A stretch of DNA of 64,000 nucleotides from Alphaproteobacteria bacterium (GTDB lineage: Bacteria; Pseudomonadota; Alphaproteobacteria; RF32; CAG-239), in assembly GCA_017961285.1 (NCBI GenBank), contig JAGCXO010000036.1, positions 9,277-73,276 on the forward strand, read 5' to 3'. The notes under the pieces are model-generated. The model worked only from the letters and a program-made list of their open reading frames with translations. It searched no databases and had not been told where the DNA came from. Both the position numbers and the translations under genes were made by a program. Position 1 is the first letter of the stretch; the number at the start of each line of letters is the position of its first letter. Below, one piece after another: positions 18,985 through 28,551 of this stretch.

Positions 18985-20298
18985 TTATGGCAAAAGAGGT
19001 GACCATGCCGGATCCGAAGCATCGGACGGGGTAACAATCATACGCTCGTTATAGCCGGTCAAATCGATGCTGTATAATTTCACCGGCGCAACAGTTTTGC
19101 CGTTGGCGCGGTCTTGGCGGAAATACATCAAAACACGACCGTTCGGGGCCCAAACAGGAGCTTCTACCAAATATCCGCTGGTAATCAAACGCTCGCCGCT
19201 GCCGTCGGGATACATTACGCCGATATAGAATTGTCCGTCAGCCATTTTGGTAAAGGCAATATAGTCGCCGCGCGGAGACCAAACCGGAGTTGCATAGCGG
19301 CCTTTGCCATAGCTGATGCGGTGAACGTCGCTACCGTCGCTGTTCATGATATATAGCTGTTGGTTGCCGCCGCGGTCAGAGTTGAACACAATCTTTGAGC
19401 CATCGGGCGAATAACTCGGCGAGGTGTCAATGGCTGAGCCGTATGTCAGCTGTTTGCTACGTCCGCTCTTTAGGTCCATTTCATAAATGTTGGTTACACC
19501 GCTTTGGGCGTGGCTGAGCAAAAGTTTTGAGCTGTCAGGCGAGAAAACCGGAGCAAAGGTCATGCCTTTGAACTGGCCGACAAGGCGTTGATTGCCGCTT
19601 TCGATATCGAGCATATAAACACGAGGAGTGTTGCCGGCATATGAAAGATAGGTTATCTTTTGCAAATTGGGCGAAAAACGCGGAGTTAGGGCCATGGAGG
19701 CACCGTTGGTCAAGAATTTGTGATTTTCGCCGTCTTGATCCATGATGGCAAGGCGTTTGACACGTCTGGTGGCCGGTCCGCTCTCGGAAATATAAACAAT
19801 GCGGGTATCAAAATAGCCTTTTTCGCCGGTAAGCTGTTCATATATGGCATCAGCAATAACGTGGGCGACACGGCGCCAGTTGTCTTTGCTGGTGGTGAAA
19901 GATTGTCCTTTTAATTGTTCTTCGGCAAAAACGTCCCATAGTCTGAACTCAATTTTTAAGCTCTGTTCCGATGTTTCGGTGATGGCGCTTTGCACCAAGG
20001 CGAGAGAATTGATGGCCTGCCAGTCGTTGAAAGTGGGCATTTCATCAATGGACTTAAATTTTTGGATGTAACTTTGGCTTGAAATTACTCTGAACAAACC
20101 GGAGCGCTCCAAATCGGCAATAACTACATCACGAATTTTTTCGCCATAAGTGCCGGCATTGAAACTGTTGCTGACCATGTCGGCAATGGCAATCGGCATG
20201 GGATCACGCATGGCACCGTTTACGTCTATCATGAGCTCTGCTTTGGCAGAAAACGAAAACATTGTGAGCATAAAAAATATAAAAAGAATCTTCTTCAT
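18985..20298 (-). CDS. tolB: Tol-Pal system beta-propeller protein TolB
   Basis: Signal peptide, TolB N-terminal domain, and repeated PxWSPDG-type propeller blades ([28 protein letters not shown]). Confidence 0.95.
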   Translation of the reverse strand: MKKILFIFFMLTMFSFSAKAELMIDVNGAMRDPMPIAIADMVSNSFNAGTYGEKIRDVVIADLERSGLFRVISSQSYIQKFKSIDEMPTFNDWQAINSLALVQSAITETSEQSLKIEFRLWDVFAEEQLKGQSFTTSKDNWRRVAHVIADAIYEQLTGEKGYFDTRIVYISESGPATRRVKRLAIMDQDGENHKFLTNGASMALTPRFSPNLQKITYLSYAGNTPRVYMLDIESGNQRLVGQFKGMTFAPVFSPDSSKLLLSHAQSGVTNIYEMDLKSGRSKQLTYGSAIDTSPSYSPDGSKIVFNSDRGGNQQLYIMNSDGSDVHRISYGKGRYATPVWSPRGDYIAFTKMADGQFYIGVMYPDGSGERLITSGYLVEAPVWAPNGRVLMYFRQDRANGKTVAPVKLYSIDLTGYNERMIVTPSDASDPAWSPLLP

Positions 20299-20384
20299 TT
20301 GCTTACCTTCAAAATTTTGAATTTACTTATGCTAAGATGTAGTGTAAGATTGTTAAAAAATAATTAGCGACTGGAGTTTTTTTG

Positions 20385-20843
20385 ATGGAAATTGCGAGTT
20401 TTAAAAATTGTTTGAGAGAAAAAACGGCTTTGATGGGGATTGACTATGGTTCTAAGCGAATCGGAATTGCGGTTTCGGATTTGACACGGACTATTGCAAA
20501 TGCCTATACGATTATTGAGCATAAGAACAAAAAACTCGATGTTGAGAAAATTAAAAAGATTATTGAAGAAAAAGAGGTTGGGGGAATTGTTTTCGGGCTG
20601 CCTTTGCAGATGAACGGAGAAGAGGGCGAGACGGCCGCAGAAATGCGCAAATTTGCCGAGCTTGTTTGCAAAGAGACCAATTTGCCTTGTGCTTTTTGGG
20701 ATGAAAGACTGTCATCATCAGTTATGGAAAAATTTTTGGTAAAAGAATATGATTTTTCGCGCGAAAAACGAAAAAAATTGTTGGATGCAAGTGCCGCCGC
20801 ATATATTTTGCAAGGGTTTTTGGATGCGTTAAAAAGGGTCTGA
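20385..20843 (+). CDS. ruvX: YqgF/RuvX putative pre-16S rRNA nuclease
   Basis: GIDYGSKRIGIAVSD and VFGLPLQMNGEEGETA motifs. About 150 aa. The ATG is 8 nt after CTGGAG. Confidence 0.9.
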   Translation: MEIASFKNCLREKTALMGIDYGSKRIGIAVSDLTRTIANAYTIIEHKNKKLDVEKIKKIIEEKEVGGIVFGLPLQMNGEEGETAAEMRKFAELVCKETNLPCAFWDERLSSSVMEKFLVKEYDFSREKRKKLLDASAAAYILQGFLDALKRV

Positions 20844-20953
20844 AATTAGTTTTTTAAAAAGTTGTTGATTTTTGTCTAATTTTGTGCTATAAGTTAATTG
20901 CTTAAGTTGATTTATATATTATTATTTATTCACAAAAAAAAAATAAAAGAAAT

Positions 20954-21484
20954 ATGAAGAATTTTGAAGTTGGAGCCGAGGGCTCCATCGAAAGAAAGGT
21001 TAATTATCTGATTTCTTGCGACTATGCGGATAACTCCGTTGTGGTTCGCGAGAAATTGGCGGAGATGGTTGAAAGGGGAGAACTCCCTTCAATTGTCGAA
21101 AAAATGGGAGAACAAAATCCCATTTTTTCAACTCCCCCCATCAGGGAGAGGATGCAAAAAGCCTTGCAGGTTTTTCCAAAGGTCCTAGGGCTTTTGGACA
21201 GGGGTTTTCACCCCATGACAGTGGAGCGGATGCTCCGCTGCACTGTGAGTGAATCATCCTTCATTCCCAACGAGTTGGGAGTGAAGTTCGAACTAAAGTT
21301 CGAAAAACTCCACTCAAATAGATATCTCCGTGAGGAGGTGTGGGGAGTGCAGGACCACGTTACCCTCTTTTTAGCGAAGTCATTACTTTATGACCTCGCA
21401 TGGGGTGTAAATGTGGAGAGCCCCTCGGAAGAGGATTTGGTCCGCTCTGCGGTCATAGAAATGGCCCAGAGGTTCAAAGAGTGA
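20954..21484 (+). CDS. hypothetical protein with atypical codon usage (orphan)
   Basis: 176-codon ORF behind a very AT-rich 110-bp spacer. By hand count it is rich in CCC, CTC, AGG, GAG, GTG and TTC codons, unlike flanking genes. No family recognised. Confidence 0.5.
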   Translation: MKNFEVGAEGSIERKVNYLISCDYADNSVVVREKLAEMVERGELPSIVEKMGEQNPIFSTPPIRERMQKALQVFPKVLGLLDRGFHPMTVERMLRCTVSESSFIPNELGVKFELKFEKLHSNRYLREEVWGVQDHVTLFLAKSLLYDLAWGVNVESPSEEDLVRSAVIEMAQRFKE

Positions 21485-21514
21485 AAAAAAGCCTGAGTTA
21501 CTCAGGCTTTTTTT
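21484..21514. terminator. bidirectional terminator between the orphan ORF and pfk
   Basis: A7, GCCTGAG-tta-CTCAGGC, T7. The pfk stop codon lies inside the hairpin. Confidence 0.65.
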
Positions 21515-22599
21515 GTTGGAATTTCTTCACCGATATACATTCCGGTAGCGCGCGCGGCGGTGATGTAATCGCTCTTCAAATCCAGCCGTTTGGTGCCGAC
21601 TTTTACAACCTCATCAATATCATAATCTTTAATGGTGTTGCTTTTCAAAACCACCATACGATTGGTATGTCCGGCCTCGAGCAACTCAATGGCTCTAACA
21701 CCGAATCGAGCGGCCAAAACGCGGTCGGTAGAAGTGGGGTTGCCGGATCTTTGGGTGTGGCCGAGTGTGGTAACACGAGTTTGAAACTCTTTACAACGGC
21801 GGTTGATTTCGTCACTCAAATATTGTCCGACACCGCCATAAACTTTTTCGCCGATTTTGTTTTGACTCGATGATACATGGCGACCGTCTTCACGTTTTAT
21901 GCCTTCGGCGGCAACAATCAAAGCATAGTTGCGACCGGTTTTTTTGACTTCTTTCAATTTTTTGATGATCGAATCGATTTTATAGGGAATTTCCGGAACC
22001 AAGCAAACATCTGCCATGCCGGCGATGGCTGAATGGAGCGCCAAGTGTCCGGCATCGCGCCCCATAACCTCCAAGATGATGGCACGGTTGTGCGAACGAG
22101 CGGTCAAAATCAAACTGTCGAGAGCCTCGGTGCAGACCTGGCAAGCGGTATCAAAACCAACCGAAGAATCGGTAATCGGAGTATCGTTATCAATGGTTTT
22201 TGGAATGCCGACCATCTTAATACCGGCCAAGTGGCAATAGTTGCTGACAATATTCATTGAGCCGTCACCGCCGACAACAATCAAAGCATCAAGCCCCAAT
22301 TCACGGGCGCCGTCACCAAAATTTTTGGAAAGATTTTTTACGGATTCCAATTTTACACCGCTGTTTAAGGAGCCAAGATAAGAGCCGCTCAAACGAGGCC
22401 ACGGTGTGTCAGAAAAATTTTCGGGAGTTAAAATCTCATATTGCAGAGGGCGAGAGGTCAATCCGTCGGTGCCAAACCGAATGCCATATACTGTCCAGCC
22501 TTTGCGGGTGGCGCAGTTGACAACAGCGCGAATCACCGCATTTAGTCCGGCGCAGTCGCCGCCGCTGGTTAAGATGCCTATTTTTTTGATTTTTCCCAT
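21502..22599 (-). CDS. pfk: 6-phosphofructokinase (PfkA family)
   Basis: ILTSGGDCAGLN, VVGGDGS, PKTIDND and MGRDAGHLAL motifs. The ATG at 22599 is preceded by AAGGAG. Confidence 0.9.
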   Translation of the reverse strand: MGKIKKIGILTSGGDCAGLNAVIRAVVNCATRKGWTVYGIRFGTDGLTSRPLQYEILTPENFSDTPWPRLSGSYLGSLNSGVKLESVKNLSKNFGDGARELGLDALIVVGGDGSMNIVSNYCHLAGIKMVGIPKTIDNDTPITDSSVGFDTACQVCTEALDSLILTARSHNRAIILEVMGRDAGHLALHSAIAGMADVCLVPEIPYKIDSIIKKLKEVKKTGRNYALIVAAEGIKREDGRHVSSSQNKIGEKVYGGVGQYLSDEINRRCKEFQTRVTTLGHTQRSGNPTSTDRVLAARFGVRAIELLEAGHTNRMVVLKSNTIKDYDIDEVVKVGTKRLDLKSDYITAARATGMYIGEEIPTKKA

Positions 22600-22706
22600 T
22601 TTAATCTCCTTCGTGTAATAATATTGTTGATTTTTTAACATAAATGTGCTACATTTCAATACAAATTTTGCAGTAATCAAATATTCTTTTTTATGGGATG
22701 ATATAG

Positions 22707-22916
22707 ATGAAAGATAATAATATTTTGGTTCTTAAACATCAGCTTTGCGAGTTGAAGTTGGAAGAAAGAAGAGTTTGCTCCGATATCAGACATATGGTTG
22801 CACGCAATCAGATGATTGATTTTGCCAAGGCAAAACAGCTTAATTCTTTGCGCCAGGGCGTTAAGACCAAAATTGCTAATGTTGAAGCAAAAATTATGCC
22901 GAACATTATTGCATAA
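22707..22916 (+). CDS. small coiled-coil protein (hypothetical, possibly DUF465/YdcH-like)
   Basis: 69-codon ORF with a heptad-like charged sequence. The family assignment is only a guess. Confidence 0.3.
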   Translation: MKDNNILVLKHQLCELKLEERRVCSDIRHMVARNQMIDFAKAKQLNSLRQGVKTKIANVEAKIMPNIIA

Positions 22917-22995
22917 AAAAGTGTTGCATTTATAAATTTGATGTGATAACAAATCTGCAATTGAAAAAATTTTATGATGAAATGAGGTGATATAA

Positions 22996-23202
22996 GTGGT
23001 TCAAGTTACCGTTATCGGCAACGACGTCGGACAGTCTTTGAAAGTTTTGAAAAAGAAAATGCAAAGAGAAGGTATTTTCCGCGAGATGAAGTTGAGACGC
23101 TGTCACGAAAAGAACAGCGAGAAAAAGGCTCGTCGTCAGGCAGAGGCCATTCGCAGATCGCGCAAGCAGTTGAGAAAACGCTTGGATATGGAAGGTTTCT
23201 AG
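22996..23202 (+). CDS. rpsU: 30S ribosomal protein S21
   Basis: GTG start. The sequence [40 protein letters not shown] is canonical S21. Confidence 0.9.
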   Translation: MVQVTVIGNDVGQSLKVLKKKMQREGIFREMKLRRCHEKNSEKKARRQAEAIRRSRKQLRKRLDMEGF

Positions 23203-23203
23203 A

Positions 23204-23242
23204 AAAAAAAATAAAACCGGTAGAATTTCTACCGGTTTTTTT
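23204..23242 (+). terminator. intrinsic terminator after rpsU
   Basis: 9-bp stem ACCGGTAGA/TCTACCGGT followed by T7. Confidence 0.7.
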
Positions 23243-23265
23243 GTGGGTGAGAAAAGATTGGGTAA

Positions 23266-23299
23266 TGAAAAAGACGGGTATAAAACCCGTCTTTTTTTA
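23266..23299 (-). terminator. terminator hairpin immediately 3' of the orphan tRNA-Ala 3' fragment
   Basis: AAGACGGGT-ataaa-ACCCGTCTT with flanking A/T runs. On the minus strand it directly follows ...GCTCCACCAATTAAAAAAA. Confidence 0.55.
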
Positions 23300-23326
23300 A
23301 TTGGTGGAGCTAAGGAGTTTGACCTT
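23293..23326 (-). repeat. duplicated 3' end of tRNA-Ala(GGC): positions 61-76 plus 9 nt of 3' flank, with a variable-loop remnant
   Basis: 25 nt (ttttttaattggtggagctaaggag) are identical to 23489-23513. An adjacent tgacct matches the tRNA variable loop. The 5' strand and loop of the T-arm are missing. Confidence 0.8.
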
Positions 23327-23411
23327 CGCTTTTTTCATAAAAAAGCTCGGCCGCACAGGCGCTCATCAGCCAAATGGCTGACCGCCATCCTCTCGTCTGG
23401 CTTTCGCTGGT

Positions 23412-23440
23412 AGTCGAACTCCCTTCTCGGAGTTCGATCC
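23412..23440. repeat. inverted pair of tRNA T-arm-like 12-mers forming a hairpin
   Basis: The plus strand carries GGAGTTCGATCC (23429-23440), the T-arm sequence of the minus-strand tRNA in the opposite orientation. It faces agtcgaactccc (23412-23423), giving a 9-bp stem. Confidence 0.7.
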
Positions 23441-23461
23441 AAGTTATTATTTCTCCAAATC

Positions 23462-23494
23462 AAAAAAAGGGATAGTAAAAACTATCCCTTTTTT
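23462..23494 (-). terminator. intrinsic terminator after tRNA-Ala(GGC)
   Basis: GGGATAGT-aaaa-ACTATCCC with flanking A and T runs, directly 3' of the tRNA CCA. Confidence 0.65.
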
Positions 23495-23497
23495 AAT

Positions 23498-23573
<76 letters not shown>

Positions 23574-23777
23574 AAAATAATTTTATGTTTCCGGCCTACT
23601 GGTCGAGCGCTTGCATTCAAGCGCGTCTGGCTCGTAAGCTCAAATTCTTTCGCTCAACTCGCTGCGGTCACTCGCTTTGTAACTTTTGCTGTGCGCGCCG
23701 TTGGCGGCTTGCAAAATAACAAAGCTTCGCCTGTCAAAATAAAAACTTGACATCAAGTCAACTTTTTCTTTTTCCAG

Positions 23778-23801
23778 CCCAGCTGAGCTATAACCCCAAA
23801 A
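23778..23801 (-). repeat. duplicated 5' end of tRNA-Ala(GGC): positions 1-20 plus 4 nt of 5' flank
   Basis: 24 nt (cccagctgagctataaccccaaaa) are identical to 23554-23577. The fragment lies about 200 nt upstream of the intact gene in the same orientation. Confidence 0.8.
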
Positions 23802-23916
23802 GCAAGTATTCATATAGCATACCGCTTTTCAAAAGTAAAGCAAAAAAATTATCACTGTGTCAATTTTGTGCCAAGTTCAATGAGTTGCAGTCAAAACACC
23901 GCAATTTTTTATAATA

Positions 23917-24537
23917 TTATCTTCCTCTTATTTCTTTTATTTTTTGCATTAACAAAGATTGGGCTTTATCTTCGCTGATTTTGTTATTGTTCAAGTCCAA
24001 TAATATTTTTTGAACAGAAGGGTCTTTTAAGAGTTTTTCATCCTCTTTTTGGTGCTGTTCATATTGCTGTTTGAATACTTCATATTCTTTATCATCAAGA
24101 GCCTCGAATGTCGGGTTTAAGAACAATCCGGTTTCTACATCAAATCCCATAAATACACCCATACGATGCCTTTCCTGCACTTCTTTCGGCACATAAAGAA
24201 AATCGTAATCTTTACTCATTTTTTCATAATCTATAATATAAGGCATTGGCATGCCGTGGCTTTTTCTTAAATATGGACGAATATTATGAAGCATCATATC
24301 AGCTTCTAAAATTCGTGTTTCCGGCTCCATTATGATATGCCAATGTTTAAGTTCATCAAGACTGTGATGATTTTGATTTTCCAGCCAATTTTGCCAGCTG
24401 GATTTGCCGTTATTTTCCATTGGTGATGTCCAAAATCCTCCATCTTCTTGGGGCTTTGTCCAACAATCTAAATTTTTAACCGGTGTGAAATTTTCTTTGT
24501 TTGGTTTATTAAAGCCGACATAAATAAGGTCAATCAT
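23917..24537 (-). CDS. hypothetical protein (orphan)
   Basis: 206-codon ORF 78 nt downstream of parE. Trp/His-rich N-terminal half and a charged C-terminal tail. No family recognised. Confidence 0.45.
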   Translation of the reverse strand: MIDLIYVGFNKPNKENFTPVKNLDCWTKPQEDGGFWTSPMENNGKSSWQNWLENQNHHSLDELKHWHIIMEPETRILEADMMLHNIRPYLRKSHGMPMPYIIDYEKMSKDYDFLYVPKEVQERHRMGVFMGFDVETGLFLNPTFEALDDKEYEVFKQQYEQHQKEDEKLLKDPSVQKILLDLNNNKISEDKAQSLLMQKIKEIRGR

Positions 24538-24615
24538 TTTTTCTCTCCATATAAGGAGTTATAGCATATTTTTGATAACAAGTCAATTCGGCTGTAAAGT
24601 CGGCGAAGAGGTTGG

Positions 24616-26604
24616 CTAAATGTCAAGGTCATCCACAAATTTGGCGCGCTCGACAATGAACTTAAAGCGTAATTCCGGATTTTTGCCCATGATGCGCTCG
24701 ACTTGACGGCGAGTTTCAAAGGCTTCTTCCTTGCCTTCTTCGGTGCCGGTATCGGGCAGAACAACGCGGAGAAGAGTGCGCTTGTTTTTATCCATTGTGG
24801 TTTCTTTTAACTGAAGTGCACTCATTTCGCCCAAACCTTTAAAGCGGCTGATGTCGGCCTTGGCATTTCCCTTGAGGATTTTTTTCAAAATTTGGTCTTT
24901 GTCGTCATCGTCCAAGGCATAATAGTTTTTGCCACCGGCGGCGATTTTATATAGCGGAGGGGTGGCAATAAACAAGTGCCCGTTTTCAATCAGCTTCGGC
25001 ATTTGCTGATAAAAGAAAGTCATTAAAAGTGAGGTAATGTGCGCGCCATCGACGTCGGCATCCGTCATGATGATGATTTTTTCGTAGCGAAGATTTTCTT
25101 CTTTATAATTATCTTTAATGCCGCAACCGAGAGCCTCTATCATATCTTTTATCTCTTGGTTTTGGGCAATTTTATCAAGAGATGCCGCGGCAACATTCAA
25201 GATTTTTCCGCGCAGAGGCAAAATTGCTTGGGTAGCGCGATCACGACCTTGTTTTGCAGAGCCTCCTGCGGAATCTCCCTCAACAATAAAAATTTCGGTA
25301 TCTTCCGAAGAATTACGCGAACAATCGGCAAGTTTTCCGGGGAGGCGCAGACGTTTGGTCGGAGTTTTGCGGAGCTGAACTTTTTCTTCTTTCTTTTTGC
25401 GCCTGAAATCGGAGCGGGTAATAACATATTCTATCAAAGCCGAGGCATTTTCGGAATCGGATGACAGCCAGTGATCAAAAGCATCTTTTACGGCTTGTTC
25501 CACCAAGCGTGAGGCTTTTGGAGATGTCAATTTATCTTTGGTTTGACCTTGAAATTCGGGATCTTTGATGAAGACAGAAAGCATTATGCAGGCATCGCTC
25601 AAAAAGTCTTCACCGGTGACATTGGCAACTTTTTTGATGTTTGCCATTTCGCCATATTCTTTTAGGCCGCGCAAAAGAGCTGATTTAAAACCGACTTCGT
25701 GGGTTCCGCCTTGCGGGGTGATGACGGTGTTGCAATAGGAAAAACAAAAACCGTTTTCATCTTCCGGCCATGTGATTGCCCATTCAACTTTGCCTTCGTC
25801 ATTGGCAAGCAAAGCCTCTCCGGTGAAAGCATTGCGGTTGATGGTGGTGCGTGTGCCGAGTTGGTAATTCAAAAAATCTTGCAAGCCGTTGGGAAAATGC
25901 AGTTCCATGTGTTGCGGGGTTTGTTCGCCCTCGCCGATAAGTTCGGGGGCACAATTCCAAATTATGTGGATGCCCTTGAACAAAAATGCTTTTGAGCGAG
26001 CCATACGGTATAGCTTGTGGGGAACAAAACAGCAGTTGGAGCCGAAAATTTCCGGATCGGGGCGAAAAGTTATGCTGGTGCCGCGGCGATTGGCAACTGC
26101 GCCGACAAATTCGAGTTTATCAAGCGGTTTGCCTTTGGAATAGTGTTGGCGATAAAGTTTTTTCTCGCGGGCAACTTCAACGGTCATGCTTTCGGATAGG
26201 GCATTGACGACAGATGAGCCAACGCCGTGCAAACCGCCGGATACTTTGTAGGCACCGCCGCCGAATTTTCCGCCGGAGTGAAGCATTGTCATAATTACTT
26301 CCAGAGCGGATTTATCGGGATATTTTGGGTGCGGATCAACAGGAATGCCGCGTCCGTTATCAACAATGGTGAGCGAATAATCGGAATTTAAGGTTACTTC
26401 AATTTTGTTGGCAAAACCGGCAACGGCCTCATCCATGGAATTGTCAATAATCTCTGCCGCCAGGTGATGCAAAGATTGTTCGTCGGTGCCGCCGATATAC
26501 ATGCCTGGGCGGGCGCGAACGGCCTCCAATCCTTCCAAGACTTGGATGTCTTGTGCCGAATAGGACGTATTGGTTGTGGTTGTGCTGTCAAATAAATCTG
26601 TCAT
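24616..26604 (-). CDS. parE: DNA topoisomerase IV subunit B
   Basis: GHKL ATPase (HHLAAEIIDNSMDEA, GLHGVGSSVVNALS) and Toprim (EGDSAGGSAKQGRDR, PLRGKILNV, IMTDADVDGAHI). 662 aa fits ParE rather than an approximately 800-aa GyrB. Confidence 0.85.
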   Translation of the reverse strand: MTDLFDSTTTTNTSYSAQDIQVLEGLEAVRARPGMYIGGTDEQSLHHLAAEIIDNSMDEAVAGFANKIEVTLNSDYSLTIVDNGRGIPVDPHPKYPDKSALEVIMTMLHSGGKFGGGAYKVSGGLHGVGSSVVNALSESMTVEVAREKKLYRQHYSKGKPLDKLEFVGAVANRRGTSITFRPDPEIFGSNCCFVPHKLYRMARSKAFLFKGIHIIWNCAPELIGEGEQTPQHMELHFPNGLQDFLNYQLGTRTTINRNAFTGEALLANDEGKVEWAITWPEDENGFCFSYCNTVITPQGGTHEVGFKSALLRGLKEYGEMANIKKVANVTGEDFLSDACIMLSVFIKDPEFQGQTKDKLTSPKASRLVEQAVKDAFDHWLSSDSENASALIEYVITRSDFRRKKKEEKVQLRKTPTKRLRLPGKLADCSRNSSEDTEIFIVEGDSAGGSAKQGRDRATQAILPLRGKILNVAAASLDKIAQNQEIKDMIEALGCGIKDNYKEENLRYEKIIIMTDADVDGAHITSLLMTFFYQQMPKLIENGHLFIATPPLYKIAAGGKNYYALDDDDKDQILKKILKGNAKADISRFKGLGEMSALQLKETTMDKNKRTLLRVVLPDTGTEEGKEEAFETRRQVERIMGKNPELRFKFIVERAKFVDDLDI

Positions 26605-26703
26605 TGTTCGCTCTTACAAAAATATCAAATATGCCTTGTAAGCTACATTAAACTTGTTTTTTTAGCAAGAAAATTTTGTTGTTTCAGCACAAAAAGGCGA
26701 TTA

Positions 26704-27450
26704 TCAGTAGAAAATTTTATGCAAGTATAATCCGTGAGCAGGGGCCGTAGGGCCGGCGGCATCACGACTTTTTTGTTCCAGTATGGTCGCAATATCTTCC
26801 GGTGAAAGATGTCCGTCACCGACCATTTTTAAGGTTCCGACCATATTTCTAACCTGATGGTGCAAAAATGATTTTGCCTCAACATAAAATGTTATTTCTT
26901 CACCGTTTTGCGCTATATCAAGTTTGTCAAGGGTTTTGAGCGGTGATTTGGCTTGGCATTTGGCAGCGCGAAAAGATGAAAAATCATGATGTCCGAGTAA
27001 ATATTTTGCACCTTGGCGCATTTTTTCAACATCCAGCGGAACGTAAACCCACCAACTGCGATATTTATCCAAAATCAGAGGAGCTCGGCGATTGGTTATG
27101 CGATATATATAGCTGCGGCCGACGGCTGAAAAACGAGCATTAAAACTGTTGTCAACGGTAGAAACATCAAGTACCGAAACGGGAGCTTCTAACGTGCGGA
27201 GGTGAGCATTGAGTGCTTCTTTAATGCGAAAAATATCGTATGTTTTTTCTGTGTCAAAATGCGCAACTTGTCCCAGTGCATGGACACCGGCATCCGTGCG
27301 GCCGGCTCCATAAACCTCGGTTTCTTCACCGCAGAAATTGTAGATTGCTTTTTCAACATATTCCTGAACACTCGGACCGTCGAGCTGTTTTTGCCAGCCT
27401 AATAAATCAGTGCCGTCATATTCGAGAACAAGTTTATAGCGCTGTGACAT
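26704..27450 (-). CDS. truA: tRNA pseudouridine(38-40) synthase
   Basis: YKLVLEYDGTDLLGWQ, AGRTDAGVHALGQVAHF and FLHHQVRNMVG motifs. The start overlaps the upstream stop as TAATG. Confidence 0.95.
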   Translation of the reverse strand: MSQRYKLVLEYDGTDLLGWQKQLDGPSVQEYVEKAIYNFCGEETEVYGAGRTDAGVHALGQVAHFDTEKTYDIFRIKEALNAHLRTLEAPVSVLDVSTVDNSFNARFSAVGRSYIYRITNRRAPLILDKYRSWWVYVPLDVEKMRQGAKYLLGHHDFSSFRAAKCQAKSPLKTLDKLDIAQNGEEITFYVEAKSFLHHQVRNMVGTLKMVGDGHLSPEDIATILEQKSRDAAGPTAPAHGLYLHKIFY

Positions 27451-28463
27451 TATGCGGCTTTGCTGAGGAGATTGTCTTGTGAAGATGACAAGCCAAGTTG
27501 TTTTTCAACTTTCCAAATTACTTTCAAAGCCTCAAAAGCACTTTGTCCATTGACACGCGGGGTTTCAAGTCCGTTGATGCATTTGATGAAATGTGTAAGT
27601 TCAGCTTGGAGAGGTTGATTGGTCGGAATAAACAGCTGTTCGACACTGCCTTTCAAGCCATAGTTCATCCATTCCGGAATGTTTTCTTGGTTGACGTAAG
27701 GCATACGACCTTGAGAATGAACGTTAATGCTCTGATTGATAAAGTCCATGTCAATATAGTTGGTGTCGGTTGTAACCGTCAAAGTGCGGACACGAGCTTG
27801 TGTAATTCTGCTGGCGGTGATGTTTGCGGTTACGCCGTTTTCAAATTCTAAAAGGGCAGTGATATAGTCTTTTCCTTCCGGGTGGTCAGAGGTTCTGACA
27901 GCGGCGGCTTGGACATTGATAACCGGAGATTTTACCAAAGATTGGATTACTTCAACATCATGAATCATCAAATCCATAGCTACGGAAACGTCGGTAATGC
28001 GCCCGGATGCAGCAGACATTCTTTGGGCGGTAAGCGAGCGAATTTTTGAAGTATCGGACAAGATTTTTGCCATTTGCTCAACCGCGGGGTTGAAACGTTC
28101 AATATGACCGACACAAAGAACAACGTTGTTTTTTGCGGCGGCATCAATCAATCTTTTACAGCCTTCCGGAGAGGTGGCAAGCGGTTTTTCCATCATGCAG
28201 TGAATGCCATGATTTAAGAAAAACTCACCAACATCAGCATGAGTTACGGAAGTTGTTACAACGCTTACGGCATTAACTTTTTTGGCAACTTCTTCCATTG
28301 AAGAGAAGGCTTTTATACCAAACGTATCAGCTGCGGCTTTTGCGGCTTCGGCATTAACATCGAATACACCTACCAGTTCTACGTCTTGCATATTTTTATA
28401 GGTTTTGATGTGGTTTTTGCCCATCATACCGGCACCGATTACTGCAACTTTTATTTTACTCAT
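27450..28463 (-). CDS. Gfo/Idh/MocA-family NAD(P)-dependent oxidoreductase
   Basis: N-terminal Rossmann KVAVIGAGMMGKNH and the EKP motif (MMEKPLA). The ATG at 28463 is preceded by GGAG. Confidence 0.8.
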   Translation of the reverse strand: MSKIKVAVIGAGMMGKNHIKTYKNMQDVELVGVFDVNAEAAKAAADTFGIKAFSSMEEVAKKVNAVSVVTTSVTHADVGEFFLNHGIHCMMEKPLATSPEGCKRLIDAAAKNNVVLCVGHIERFNPAVEQMAKILSDTSKIRSLTAQRMSAASGRITDVSVAMDLMIHDVEVIQSLVKSPVINVQAAAVRTSDHPEGKDYITALLEFENGVTANITASRITQARVRTLTVTTDTNYIDMDFINQSINVHSQGRMPYVNQENIPEWMNYGLKGSVEQLFIPTNQPLQAELTHFIKCINGLETPRVNGQSAFEALKVIWKVEKQLGLSSSQDNLLSKAA

Positions 28464-28551
28464 AGTAAAAATCTCCATGTTAGAAACATAATTTTGAGCG
28501 CAATATAGCAGATATTACGCAAAAAATCTCCTAACATCTTGTTACAGTTTG

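Noticed and set aside
21502-22599. I tried to classify the phosphofructokinase as ATP- or PPi-dependent.
   Set aside because: The diagnostic positions give mixed signals. GGDGS suggests ATP and PKTIDND suggests PPi, as far as I recall the rules. I leave it as PfkA family.
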